From: an uncultured Planctomycetota bacterium | Lineage (GTDB): Bacteria; Planctomycetota; Planctomycetia; Isosphaerales; Isosphaeraceae | Reading direction: 5' to 3' | Length of the DNA stretch: 64,000 nucleotides | NCBI GenBank assembly: GCA_963737655.1 | Contig: CAVTTN010000002.1 | Coordinates: forward strand, 672,001 to 736,000 | Shown: piece after piece, positions 1-10,328 of the stretch | How the letters are laid out: the number at the start of each line of letters is the position of its first letter | Numbering within the stretch: the first letter of the stretch is position 1 | Notes under the pieces: generated by a model | Database searches by the model: none | Told to the model about the DNA's origin: nothing | What the model saw: only the letters and a program-made list of their open reading frames with translations | Made by a program: the position numbers and the translations under genes

Positions 1-101
1 ATCAAGGCCCGCGGCTCCATCCGCTCCATTTCGGGGCGGCGACGGCGGTTCGGGGCCGACGGGCGGGGCCCTCGGCGAACTTCCTCGGATCTCGGACTCA
101 T
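1..101 (-). CDS. 5' end of a planctomycete secreted protein (LE.R.LL-type N-terminus), runs off the window
   Basis: Manual translation from ATG at 101: MSPRSEEVRRGPRPSAPNRRRRPEMERMEPRAL; Arg-rich stretch plus MEPRAL variant of the LEPRxLL motif; GAGG just upstream. Confidence 0.65.
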   Translation of the reverse strand, partial: MSPRSEEVRRGPRPSAPNRRRRPEMERMEPRAL

Positions 102-656
102 GATGCGTTCCTCGAGTAGTCGAGAGGGAGATCGGTCGGGATGAGCCTGGCGGCTGGGGATGCTCGGTCGGACCACGCCCGGAAAAACACCCAGACTGTT
201 CCAGTTTACCCGCTCCTCCGGAAAAATGGAGCGGGCGCGGGCACGGCCGACGTTCTTTCCCCGTCGATCGCCTCCCACGGCCTACAGATCGACCTCAAGA
301 CATACCGGATGAGGCCGCAGGCCCCTCCCCCTGTTGAAAAAAAGTCACGTTTTCCCCGCCGGAGGCCGCCCCGGGAGGAAATAGTCGGCCGGGAGGGCGG
401 GCAAACGCACTCATCATCTTGCAGCCACGCGATCAAAAGGGTACTCTAACCCTCAAATTAGGTCGGTCCCGTCGGCATCCGGATCGGTTTTCAGGGAGGC
501 CTTGCCTTCGGATCTGAGTTCGGAGCATACCCCGTCGGCCCTCGGGCCTGGTTCTCCTGGCGAACCTTTCGCCCGGAGCGATCGGAGAAGGGAGCTCTGG
601 GATCGTCCTTCTTCGTGCAGCCCATGCTTCGTCCCTCAAAAAGGAGTCGCCGTAAG

Positions 657-1496
657 ATGAGCAGCCGCGTCCGAAGATTCGCAACGCTCGTTGTCGTGGG
701 CCTTGGCCTCCTTGCCGGCTCGACCAGAGCCCACGCCGATTTCGTGATCGACGTCTACATCGATGGGCACCTCATCGACCAGATCACCAAGAACGGCGGC
801 CTGGACAGCCCGGCTTCGGCGAACACGATCAACACCAACGTGGATCTGTTGAACGCCGACATCGCCAACTACGGCGTCGGCCAGTATGCAGGTGTCTCGT
901 TCTCCAGCCTCTCGCTGGTGAGCAACTTCGCGACGGCCACCGGCAACGGCAGCGCATCGCTGAAGACCACCGGCGAGGTGGACTTCGACCCGACGATGAG
1001 CTCGTCCCCGGTGTCGGTCACGGTCGTTGGCTTCGCCAACAACTACCATGCCCCGTCCAGCTTCTACAAGCTCCTGAGCAGCTCGGGCAGCGGAACCTTC
1101 ACCGGCACCACCCCGACCGACTCCCACCAGTTCAACGCCATCTTCGACGCGACCAACTCGAGCGCGCCGCTGACCAACCCCCAGGACCCGTTCGTCGGGT
1201 ACACGGGGACGGCCCACACGATGGCCCCGCCGACGTTCTCCCCCTCGACGCCGCCCCCCGCGTCGTTCTCGGTCAACAATACGCCGTTGCTGGTCACCGG
1301 CAGCGGCAATTTCGCCCTGATCAACCAGACGACCCTGCACATCGGCTCGGACACGGGCGACCTCTCGTCCATCCAGTTCACCAACTCGACGATCGTCACC
1401 CATGCCGTGCCGGAGCCGGGTTCGCTGGCCCTGGTCTTCCTCGGCCTGCCCGTCGTGGCTCGCCGCGTCTTCCGTCGCCGTCAGGCCACCGTCTGA
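657..1496 (+). CDS. PEP-CTERM sorting-domain surface protein
   Basis: Signal peptide ending AHA-D; Ser/Thr-rich body; C-terminal VPEPGSLALVFLGL...RRRQ; AAGGAG RBS at 641-646. Confidence 0.9.
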   Translation: MSSRVRRFATLVVVGLGLLAGSTRAHADFVIDVYIDGHLIDQITKNGGLDSPASANTINTNVDLLNADIANYGVGQYAGVSFSSLSLVSNFATATGNGSASLKTTGEVDFDPTMSSSPVSVTVVGFANNYHAPSSFYKLLSSSGSGTFTGTTPTDSHQFNAIFDATNSSAPLTNPQDPFVGYTGTAHTMAPPTFSPSTPPPASFSVNNTPLLVTGSGNFALINQTTLHIGSDTGDLSSIQFTNSTIVTHAVPEPGSLALVFLGLPVVARRVFRRRQATV

Positions 1497-1546
1497 CCTT
1501 CGCCTCCCCGGCGCCTGCCCGTTCCTCTCCACGAGCTTGAATGAGA

Positions 1547-1582
1547 AACGTCCCCCGGCCGTTCTTACGGCCGGGGGACGTT
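1547..1582 (+). terminator. Perfect 16-bp hairpin between convergent genes
   Basis: AACGTCCCCCGGCCGT-TCTT-ACGGCCGGGGGACGTT, about 50 nt after the PEP-CTERM stop. Confidence 0.6.
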
Positions 1583-2027
1583 GTCATTTCCCTTCCCGTT
1601 TCCCTCCCGCTCCAGCAGATCACCCTCGGTTCACGGCCGGGTTCCCCCGAGGTCGGGCCGGCCTCGGCCTGCGGTCCCCACGGATCGCCGGGCCGAGGCC
1701 GGCCCGACCTGCGCGGTCAGAGACTGATCCGCTGGAGAGCGGTTCACGGCCGGGTTCCGCCCATGTCGGACAGCCCTCGGCGTGCCGACCTCCGTGAAGA
1801 GATCAGCCAGGCCCTGTTCGATGGAAAGCGGAGGTGCGCCCTCCGAGGTTGGACTGCGGCCATCCCCCACCGATACCGTCGGTCCGGGACGACCTGGCGG
1901 CGCGGGGCCACGCCTCGGGCCGAGCCTGGCCGGCCGAATAAACGCGGACGGCCGGCCCCTCCCCCTTCTCGGATGGAGGGGAGGACGGGCCGGCCGATCG
2001 TCGTTCGCGGTCGCTTCGAGGGGAGAC

Positions 2028-3398
2028 TCAGGACACGACGTAGAACCTCTTCGACGAAATCAGGTCGCTGGCCGTGAAGAACAGCATGTTCCCCACAGAG
2101 GCCAGCCCCTGAGGCACCGAGCCATCGGGCCCGGGGTACAGGTCCGCGACCAGCTGAGTTCCGGCCGTCGTCCCGTCGCTCTTCCACAACTCCTGCCCGT
2201 AGGCGTCGTCGGTGGCGGAGAAGTAGACCGTCGATCCCACGACCGTGAGCGAGCTGATGCTCGAGCCGCTGGACCCGGTTTCGACGTCGGCGACGAGCTG
2301 GGTCCCGGCCGCGGTGCCGTCGGTCTTCCAGAGCTCGCTGCCGTGGACGCCGTCGTTGGCCGTGAACAGCGTCAATGCGCCGAATCGGGTGAAATTCGTC
2401 GGCATCGAGCTGGCGGAGCCGGGGTTGATGTCGGCGAGCATGAAGGTGCCGGCCGTGGTGCCGTCGGTCCTCCAGAGTTCCGTGCCGTTGATGCCGTCAT
2501 TGGCCTGGAATACGACGCTCGAGCCGTTGACCGTGTAGTTGAAGGGGTTGGAGGACACCGAGCCGGCGCGGATGTCGTCGAGCAGGAACGTCCCCGCGGC
2601 CGAGCCGTCGCTGATCCAGACCTCGCGGCCGTCCACGCCGTCGTTGGCGGTGAAGATGACCTTCGACCCGAAGGCCGTCAGTCCGAGGGGGGTCGCGGAG
2701 GAGGAGCCGGCCCAGATGTCCTTGACCATGGTCGTGCCGGCGGCCGTGCCATCGGTCTTCCAGAGCTCGGTGCCGTGGACGCCGTCGTTGGCCGTGAAGA
2801 AGACGGTCGAGCCGACGACGGTGAAGTTCGCGGGGTTGGACGAGCCGGACCCCGGGGAGATCTGGCTGACCAAGACCGTGCCGGCGACCGTGCCGTCGCT
2901 CTTCCACAGCTCGTAGCCGGAGCCGGCGCTGAAGGCCGAGAAATACAGGGTGCCGTTGGCGTCGGTCAGGTTCGACGGGTAGCTGCTCGCGCTGCCGGCG
3001 GCGACCTCCTTGACCATGGCCGTGCCGGCGGTGGTCCCGTCGGTCTTCCACAGCTCGCTGCCGTGGCCGGCCGAGGTCGCCGTGAAGTAGAGGTAGGGCC
3101 CGGAAACGGTCAGGTTCGACGGCGTCGAGTTCGCCAGGCCGGGGTTGACGTCGGCGACCAGCGACGTGCCGAGGAGCGTGCCATCGCTCTTCCAGAGCTC
3201 GGTGCCGTGGACCGCGTCGCTGGCCGAGAAGAACGCCTGGCCCTTGAAGGCCACCGGGGTGCCGACGATCGTCCCGGGGAAATCGATCGGGGTGAGCGTC
3301 AAAAGCGCCCGCCCCTCCAGGCCCTCGACACGGGGCAGGGTCATCGAGCGGCGGGGTCTGGAAGCGAGCGAGCGTCGACGAGCAAGGAACTTGAACAT
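2028..3398 (-). CDS. ELWxxDGT-repeat (beta-propeller) secreted protein
   Basis: About 8 copies of ELW(K/R)(S/T)DGT; N-terminal LEGRALL planctomycete export motif. Confidence 0.9.
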   Translation of the reverse strand: MFKFLARRRSLASRPRRSMTLPRVEGLEGRALLTLTPIDFPGTIVGTPVAFKGQAFFSASDAVHGTELWKSDGTLLGTSLVADVNPGLANSTPSNLTVSGPYLYFTATSAGHGSELWKTDGTTAGTAMVKEVAAGSASSYPSNLTDANGTLYFSAFSAGSGYELWKSDGTVAGTVLVSQISPGSGSSNPANFTVVGSTVFFTANDGVHGTELWKTDGTAAGTTMVKDIWAGSSSATPLGLTAFGSKVIFTANDGVDGREVWISDGSAAGTFLLDDIRAGSVSSNPFNYTVNGSSVVFQANDGINGTELWRTDGTTAGTFMLADINPGSASSMPTNFTRFGALTLFTANDGVHGSELWKTDGTAAGTQLVADVETGSSGSSISSLTVVGSTVYFSATDDAYGQELWKSDGTTAGTQLVADLYPGPDGSVPQGLASVGNMLFFTASDLISSKRFYVVS

Positions 3399-4083
3399 GT
3401 GTCACCTCAACTGGGTGTAGAACCAGTGCGGCCACGCACACCGATCGGGGGTGACCCGGCCGAACGACGTCCCGGGACCCGATCGTGTTTTCCCGAAGCA
3501 ATCCTGACGAGGACTCTAGATCAATTTCCGGACGCGGTGGGAGCGGTGAGGGGGGGCATCACGGCCCCCAATCGACGAGCGGCGGCGAGAGAGAATTTGC
3601 CGGAGACCAGCCGAGCAAGGATGGCTATCTTATTCCGGCTGTGTTTTTCTACAACAGCGGCCCGTGGATGTGACACCCAAAACTTACGAAAGGGCGAAAT
3701 CCGCCCGAAACACCCGGAAATTCTCCGAAAATGTTGAAAAAAAGCGTCGTTATGGCAGTTTTGAATGAGTTTCTTGACCTTACCAACTGAACAAAATGAA
3801 CTTCATGAAAACAACAAAGAGAGCGAGGCTGCATGAAACCAATCAAGACAGCAAGGACACAAGAATTGAGTTTTCGCAAAACTGGCCCTAATAAGCCTTA
3901 ATAAACCCTTATTATCGCTTGTTTAATTTTACAGGTTTGCGGCATGATCTGCCTTCAGAGCGGGATGTTTTGATAGCTTATCCCTCGCCCGACGAGGGCG
4001 GGACGACGGTGTGATTCCTGGCTCCAACCGGCGCGGGAATCGTGGCATAATCACCCTGGCTCGGGGGGATCGGAGATCGATTC

Positions 4084-4709
4084 ATGAACAGTCGTCCGGG
4101 ACGGTGGGCCGACGCCGCCGACCATCTGAGGGCCGCCGATCCGCGCTGGGGCCCCTCCTGGACCGGGTCGGCCCCTGCTTGCTCCGGCCCCGGAAAGATC
4201 GCTTCGGAACGCTCGTCCGGGCGATCATCGGCCAGCAGATCTCCACGAGGGCCGCCGCGACGATCGACGCCCGGCTCCGGGCCCTCGGCGGCGATCCCCA
4301 CGATCCGGCGAAGCTCCTGGCCGTGGGCGAGGAAGGCCTTCGGGGCTGCGGGCTCTCCGGCGTGAAGGCCCGATACGTCCTGAACCTCTCCGAGGCGGTC
4401 CTGTCCGGCCAGGTTCCTCTGGCCCGGATCGGGACCCTTTCGGACGAGGCGATCAAGACGCGATTGACGACGATCAAGGGGGTGGGCGCCTGGACGGCCG
4501 AGATGTTCCTGATCTTCTCCCTGAACCGGCCGGACGTCCTCCCGGTGGCCGACCTGGGGGTCCGGGTCGGAATCCGTAACTTCTACGGCCTGGAGGAGAT
4601 GCCTTCGCCCCGGCTTTGCGTCGAGCTGGCCGAACCCTGGCGGCCTCACCGGAGCGTCGCCATGTGGTATCTGTGGAGGAGCCTGGACGCACCCAAGGCG
4701 CCGGGATGA
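4084..4709 (+). CDS. alkA: DNA-3-methyladenine glycosylase II (AlkA/HhH-GPD family), apparent frameshift near 4150
   Basis: MNSRPGRWADAADHLRAADPRWG in one frame joins LLDRVGPC...AIIGQQIS...IKGVGAWTAEMFLIF...DVLPVADLG in another; the shift lies in a GGGGCCCC run. Confidence 0.85.
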
Positions 4710-4737
4710 TCTCCCGTTCCATCGCGAGGAGGCCGCC

Positions 4738-6297
4738 GTGTTCGACGTCCTGATCCGAGGCGGCTGGCTGATCGACGGGGGAGGCGGGCCGCCGTTCCTG
4801 GCGAACGTCGCCCTGCTCGGGGCGGTGGTGGCCGACGTCGGCCGCCTGGATGGGGCGAGCGGTCGGATCGAGATCGACGCGTCCGGCCTGTTCGTCGCGC
4901 CGGGCTTCATCGATGCCCACGTCCACGGCGACTTGATGCTCCTGACCGACCCGGTCCACCGGCCCGCCCTGAAGCAGGGCGTCACCACCTACATCCTCGG
5001 CCAGGACGGCAGCGCCTTCGCCCCGGCGTCTCCGGCGACGATGGACTACATGAGGCGGTACACCTCCGGGTTCAACGGAAATCCCGAAGGGTCTGGCTAC
5101 GACTGGAGTTCCGTCGGCGAGTACCTGTCCCGGTTCGATCGTTCCACGTCGTTGAACGTGGCTTACCTGATCCCCAACGGCAACCTCCGGCTGGAAGTGA
5201 TGGGGCACGACCCCCGAGCGGCGACCGACGAGGAGCTCGCGGCGATGGTCCGCCTGGTCCGCCAGGGGATGGACGCCGGGGCGGTGGGGATTTCGTCGGG
5301 GCTGGACTATCTGCCGAGCCGCCACGCCGACGCCCGAGAGCTGGCCGCGCTCTGCCGGGCGATCGCGCCGGAGGACGGCGTTTACGTGACTCACATGAGG
5401 GGATACGGCCCGGACGCGCCGATCGGGATGCGCGAGGTCGTCGAGATCGCCGAAGCGTCCGGCGTGTCGGCCCATATTTCCCATTTGAACGGCCGGGCCG
5501 ACGTCCTCCTGCCCCTGATCGAGGCGGGTCGAGCCCGGGGCCTGGATCTCACCTTCGACACCTATCCCTACCTGGCCGGGAGCACGATCCTGGGGATGGT
5601 TTCCCTGCCGGCCTGGGTCCAGGAAGGTGGGATCGACGCGACTCTCGGCCGCCTGGCCGATCGAGCCGTCCGCGATCGGCTCGATCGCCAGTGGTTCTCC
5701 GGGCCCTTGCCCTACCCGATGGAGCATACGACCCTGGCGAGGATCGACGCTCCCCCGTGGAAGTCGTTCGAGGGGCTGACCGTGGCCGAGGCGGCCCGGC
5801 GGGCCGGAAGTCCTCTCGGCGCTTTTATTTGCGATCTGCTCGTCGCGAACGACCTGGCCGTCGGGATCGTCGGGTTCCGGCCTGGGGACCGGACCGAGGA
5901 GGACGTCCGGGCGATCCTCCGCCACCCGGCCCACATGGCCGGCTCGGACGGCATTTTTCGAGGGGCGTTCCCCCACCCCCGGGGCTGGGGGGCGTTCGCC
6001 CGGTTCCTGGGCCGCCATACTCGGGAGCTGGGCGATTACTCGTGGGGCGAGGCGGTCGCGCACCTGTCTTCCCACGCCGCCCGCCGGTTCCGCCTGACCG
6101 ATCGCGGGTTGGTCCGCCCCGGGTTCGCGGCCGACCTGGCCGTGTTTGACCCGGCCACGGTCCTCGATCGCTCGACCTACGCCGACGGCCGCCGGGAGGC
6201 CGAGGGGATGCGGCATGTGATCGTCAACGGGACGTTCGTTTTGAAGGATGGCGAGGCGACGGGGGCCTTGCCGGGCCGGGCGTTGCGTCGAGGGTGA
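4738..6297 (+). CDS. N-acyl-D-amino-acid deacylase (amidohydrolase family)
   Basis: PGFIDAHVH metal motif; QGVTT; GSDG; HPRGWGAF; ADLAVFD. Confidence 0.85.
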   Translation: MFDVLIRGGWLIDGGGGPPFLANVALLGAVVADVGRLDGASGRIEIDASGLFVAPGFIDAHVHGDLMLLTDPVHRPALKQGVTTYILGQDGSAFAPASPATMDYMRRYTSGFNGNPEGSGYDWSSVGEYLSRFDRSTSLNVAYLIPNGNLRLEVMGHDPRAATDEELAAMVRLVRQGMDAGAVGISSGLDYLPSRHADARELAALCRAIAPEDGVYVTHMRGYGPDAPIGMREVVEIAEASGVSAHISHLNGRADVLLPLIEAGRARGLDLTFDTYPYLAGSTILGMVSLPAWVQEGGIDATLGRLADRAVRDRLDRQWFSGPLPYPMEHTTLARIDAPPWKSFEGLTVAEAARRAGSPLGAFICDLLVANDLAVGIVGFRPGDRTEEDVRAILRHPAHMAGSDGIFRGAFPHPRGWGAFARFLGRHTRELGDYSWGEAVAHLSSHAARRFRLTDRGLVRPGFAADLAVFDPATVLDRSTYADGRREAEGMRHVIVNGTFVLKDGEATGALPGRALRRG

Positions 6298-6416
6298 CGT
6301 TTTGGGCGTTCAGGCGAGTCGGGGCGTCTCGATGATCTCCTCAGGGAGCGAGACGGCGGCCGGGGTGGGCCTGGCCGTCTCTCGGATCGCCCTGGATCGC
6401 GCCCGATGAGGCCCTT

Positions 6417-6902
6417 GTGATCATGAAACCGCCCGGCCCGAGCCTGCCCTTGCCGTCGGAAAGCCTCCCCGAATCGTTCGAGGCGTTCGCCTCGGCCGCC
6501 CGATCCGAACTGGCCCCGTCGGGCCCCCTGGAATCGGTCCTGGCCCGGAGGGTGATCCACGCCGCCTGGAGACTGGACCGAGGATCGACCGATGCCGTTC
6601 GGGCCGAGCGTGCCCTGGGCCGCGCCCTGGGCGGCCTGAAGACGCTTCGCGAACTTCGCGCGGCCTCGGGCGAGGAGGCCGCGCTTCCTCCGTCGTGGCG
6701 AGATCGCCTGATGACCGACCCGGACATTTCCTCGATTTCTCCGGTGGTCCGCGGCACCTGGATCACGGCGGCCGAGATCGTCCGGCTGGTGGTCCAGGGC
6801 TGGTCCTGGGGGGACATCCTCCGGGCCCACCCCGAACTCACCGAGGCCGACATCCGCGCCTGCCTCGCGTTCGACGTCGAGCGCGGGGACCTGGACGCGT
6901 AG
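6417..6902 (+). CDS. DUF433 domain-containing protein
   Basis: C-terminal PVVRGTWIT...IVRLV.QGWS..DIL.AHPELT.ADIRACL. Confidence 0.75.
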   Translation: MIMKPPGPSLPLPSESLPESFEAFASAARSELAPSGPLESVLARRVIHAAWRLDRGSTDAVRAERALGRALGGLKTLRELRAASGEEAALPPSWRDRLMTDPDISSISPVVRGTWITAAEIVRLVVQGWSWGDILRAHPELTEADIRACLAFDVERGDLDA

Positions 6903-6984
6903 GGTGCATGAAATGCACCATCTTCCTCCCTCCATTCGCCCGATCGGGGAGGATGGGGAGGAAGATGGTGCATTTCATGCACCC
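6899..6984. repeat. Inverted pair of GTAG-type REP-like palindromes
   Basis: GTAGGGTGCATGAAATGCACC (6899-6919) and its reverse complement GGTGCATTTCATGCACCC (6967-6984); same unit recurs at 30260-30409. Confidence 0.8.
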
Positions 6985-7019
6985 GAGGATCGCGCGAATG
7001 GTGGCATGGACCCCACTCG

Positions 7020-8201
7020 CTAATTGAGGATTTCCAGCTTCGGCATCTTCGGCGTCTTGATGTTGTGGATGCTGATCTGAGCCGCGAGCTGCTCGACCAC
7101 GCCGAGCAAATAGGCCCGGGACGGGGAGTCCGGGGCCAGGGCCTCGCGGATCTTGCCCTCGTCGCCCCGTTCGCGGAGGATCACGTTGAGGGGGACCTCG
7201 CCGAGGAACGGGACGCCCATCGCCTCGGCCTTCCTCCGCGCCCCGCCCCGGCCGAAGAGGTAGACGCGCTCGTCCTCGGGCGTGGGGAACAGGCCGCTGC
7301 GATCGACGAGATCCCGGGCCTCGGCGCCTCCTCGGGTCTTCAGGTACGCCGGGATGTCGAAGAAGCTCATATTCTCGACCATCCCGAGCAGGGGCACCTT
7401 CAACTGTCGGAACATGGCCACGGCGCGGACGGCGTCGAGCAGGGCGACTTCCTGGGGAGTGCAGACCACCACGGCGCCGGTCAGCGGGAGGCTCTGCGCG
7501 AGCGACAGGGGGACGTCTCCGGTCCCCGGCGGCAGGTCGATCACGAGGTAATCCAGGGTTCCCCACTCCACCTGGTGGAGGAACTGCTGGATGATCCCGT
7601 GGAGCATCGGGCCTCGCATGATCATGGCCTTCTCGGGCTCGACCAGCGAACCCATCGACATGACCTTCAGCCCCCCGGGGGCCTCGATCGGCTCGATCCG
7701 CTCCTTGCCCTGGGCACCTCGCATCATCGGTCGGCCGACGGCGCCGGTCAGGTGAGGGATCGAGGGGCCGTACACGTCGGCGTCCATCAGGCCGACCTTC
7801 GCCCCGTAAGTCTGCAATCCGTAAGCGATTGCGGCGGCCATGGTGGACTTGCCGACGCCTCCCTTGCCCGAACCCACGGCGATCACGTTCTTGACGCCGG
7901 GGATGTCCCCCTGCTCGATGATCCCCTTGCCCCGGACCTCGGCCGCCATCGTGATCGAGACCTTCAGGTCCTCGCCCAGTCGCGAGGCCAGGGCCTGGCG
8001 GACTTCCCTCTCGATCTGCGCCTTGAGCGGGCAGGCGGGGGTGGTCAGGTTGATCGTCAGGCTGACGTGACCGTCGGACGCCTTCACGTCCTTGACCATC
8101 CCGAGGTCCACGAGGTCTCGGCCGATCTCGGGATCTTTCACGCCCTTCAGCGCGTCGAGGACGTCTCTCTCGGAGAGGGAAGGGCTCTTCTTGCCGAACA
8201 T
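7020..8201 (-). CDS. mrp: Mrp/NBP35 (ApbC) Fe-S cluster carrier ATPase
   Basis: N-terminal DUF59-like domain (DPE..LTTPACP); GKGGVGKST; DADVYGPS; DLPPGTGD; ENMS. Confidence 0.93.
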   Translation of the reverse strand: MFGKKSPSLSERDVLDALKGVKDPEIGRDLVDLGMVKDVKASDGHVSLTINLTTPACPLKAQIEREVRQALASRLGEDLKVSITMAAEVRGKGIIEQGDIPGVKNVIAVGSGKGGVGKSTMAAAIAYGLQTYGAKVGLMDADVYGPSIPHLTGAVGRPMMRGAQGKERIEPIEAPGGLKVMSMGSLVEPEKAMIMRGPMLHGIIQQFLHQVEWGTLDYLVIDLPPGTGDVPLSLAQSLPLTGAVVVCTPQEVALLDAVRAVAMFRQLKVPLLGMVENMSFFDIPAYLKTRGGAEARDLVDRSGLFPTPEDERVYLFGRGGARRKAEAMGVPFLGEVPLNVILRERGDEGKIREALAPDSPSRAYLLGVVEQLAAQISIHNIKTPKMPKLEILN

Positions 8202-8235
8202 CGGGAGGGTACCTCGGTCGGTCGTGGGGTGCGGA

Positions 8236-8685
8236 TCAATCGAGAGGAGGGAACAGGCCGTCCCAGGGCTGGGCCTCGGGGACGCGGTCCGGGGCCCATC
8301 CGTCGCCTTCGGCCCGCCGGAGGGCCAGGGGGAGCCACCGGGCGAGGATCGCCTCGACTTCCGGAGGCGTCGCCGGGCCGGTCAGGACGTGGGTGGCGCC
8401 GAGCTCCCGGGCCAGGAGGGGCAGGTCGGAGGTCGCCGAGGGGTCCAGGGCCAGGAGCAGGGCGTTGGGCGACGCCGCCACGGCCCGGCCGATCGCCTCC
8501 AGGTTCGCGCGGAGCCGGACGGACAGGTCCAGCACCACCAGGGGACTCGCCGAGCGGCTCGCCGCCCCCTGGAGGTCCGCCGCGGACCGCGACTCGACCA
8601 GGACCACCGGCCACGACGCCACCCGGGGGCGGAGCTGACGGGCCCACCGACCGATTCTCTCGTGGACGATCAGGGGCAGGCGCAT
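8236..8685 (-). CDS. Hypothetical protein, receiver-domain-like alpha/beta fold
   Basis: MRLPLIVHERIGRWARQLR...LVVLDL...ARELGATHVL; co-oriented just upstream of mrp. Confidence 0.55.
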   Translation of the reverse strand: MRLPLIVHERIGRWARQLRPRVASWPVVLVESRSAADLQGAASRSASPLVVLDLSVRLRANLEAIGRAVAASPNALLLALDPSATSDLPLLARELGATHVLTGPATPPEVEAILARWLPLALRRAEGDGWAPDRVPEAQPWDGLFPPLD

Positions 8686-8991
8686 CGCGGCGGGGCCTCC
8701 CCGGGACTTCGGAGCCGGAAGCCGGTTCATTCTATCAGGGGCGTGCCCGGGTGGCGAGACGCCGAACGCCCAGGGCAGGCGAGACGGCGGATCCGGCCCG
8801 GGGCCGGGAACTGGCGAGGAAGTGTTCATGTCGAGGAGATTGACGCGCCCGCCCACCAAAGCTCCCGCCCTACCTTGCGGACGCCGCCACAATTTGCGGT
8901 GATAGCCTCGGCGATGGCGGGCCCGACGAAATCCGGCGATCGACCCTCGTCGATCCCTGGGACAGACCAATTTCCACAAGAGGATCGGGCG

Positions 8992-10094
8992 ATGTCTCGG
9001 CAAGTGTTCGTGGCCATGTGGCAGTTGCCCACCGGAGGAAATGAGCTTCGGGTCGATTTCGTGGCCGACAGCGACATGGAGACGAAGTGCGGACTGATCG
9101 ACACGATGCTCCAGCACGCCGAGATCGAGATCCGGCAACTCCCGGTCACGTCCAAAGGGAATGAGAAACCAATCACGATCTTCCTGGCACCCGAGTATTA
9201 CTTCAAGAAGGGCAACGCGAGAAACTGCTACAGCAGGAGCGATCGCGACGTCATGGTGAAGTCCATGCACAAGCTGGCGAAGAACCACGCGGACACGCTG
9301 ATCATCCCCGGTACGATCATGTGGTCGAAGTCGGCGATCGGGAAGGCTGACAAGGCGCGGAAACGCCTCGAAACGGCGGTACAATTCGGAGGCCTCTCCA
9401 AGGAGGACCGGGAAAAAGGGGACCAAAAACTCAAGAAGTCCGGCCTCTTCAACACGGCCTACCTGGCGAGGAACACGGCCTACATGTTCTACAACTCGAC
9501 AGCTTATAAGTATCACAAAATGGTCGATGCTTCCGAGGTGATCGACGCCGAGTCGGAGTCCACGATCTTCATCCCCGGCGATCGCCCCGGGATCTTCACG
9601 CTCCCGGACGGCGGGCCGAAGGTCGGCGTCCAGATCTGTGCCGACCACGACGTCATGCCTCTCTGGGAGATGGTTGACCTCCACATCGTGGTCTCGGCGT
9701 CGGTCACGAAAAAGGACAAGCATCTTAACATACGCGACGGCGGCTACTTCATCCATTGCGACACGAAGCCGATCCACAACGAAGTCTTCCAGGTCCATCA
9801 AAACAAGCCGCAGGCCAGGAACCAGGTCGGGTCGAAGCCCGTGGATCACAGGGACTTCTTCAGCCAGGAGTACAAGAATGTGGGGCACGGGATCGCGGCC
9901 CTGCGCGAGGGGCCCAGACCGATCAGGAAATCCTTCGATATCGGAAGCGTCTGGAGAAGGAAAAGGACGAGGAGGAGCGCGGGATCATCGCCAGGACCAT
10001 CGATGAAAAGCTGAGGAATCCCAGTGCCCCGTCCGATCAGGCCCTCGCCAAGAACGTCGGCAACCTGTACATTTATTCGCTGGAGCTCACCTAG
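8992..10094 (+). CDS. Carbon-nitrogen hydrolase (nitrilase superfamily)-like protein, apparent frameshift near 9910
   Basis: IFLAPEYYF (Glu), YHK (Lys) and VQICADH (Cys) triad motifs; C-terminus continues in the frame of ORF 9756-10094 after a G run. Confidence 0.65.
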
Positions 10095-10328
10095 AAGTCC
10101 GGCCCGGAGAAGCGGGCCTGCCCGAAGGGACATCGACCCGAAGGGACATCGCCGAGCCTCGATGCGCCGAAGGTCGAGAGCCGAGAGACTGAGGGCGGGT
10201 CGGGGGGAACACTCGGGCCGCCTTGAATCCCGACGGATCGCGGGGATAGAATCTCCTGTCCCTCCCGAGGATCGGGCCGGATGGTCCCGGGCTCCGGGTG
10301 GGGATCGTCGACGAGCGTTGAGGGTGCG

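Noticed and set aside
2100..3250. Repeated ~145-bp units as DGR TR/VR or an array
   Set aside because: Explained by ELWxxDGT protein repeats; no adenine-specific variation evident
3620..3980. Replication origin
   Set aside because: AT-rich, but no DnaA boxes were recognised and no dnaA/dnaN is nearby
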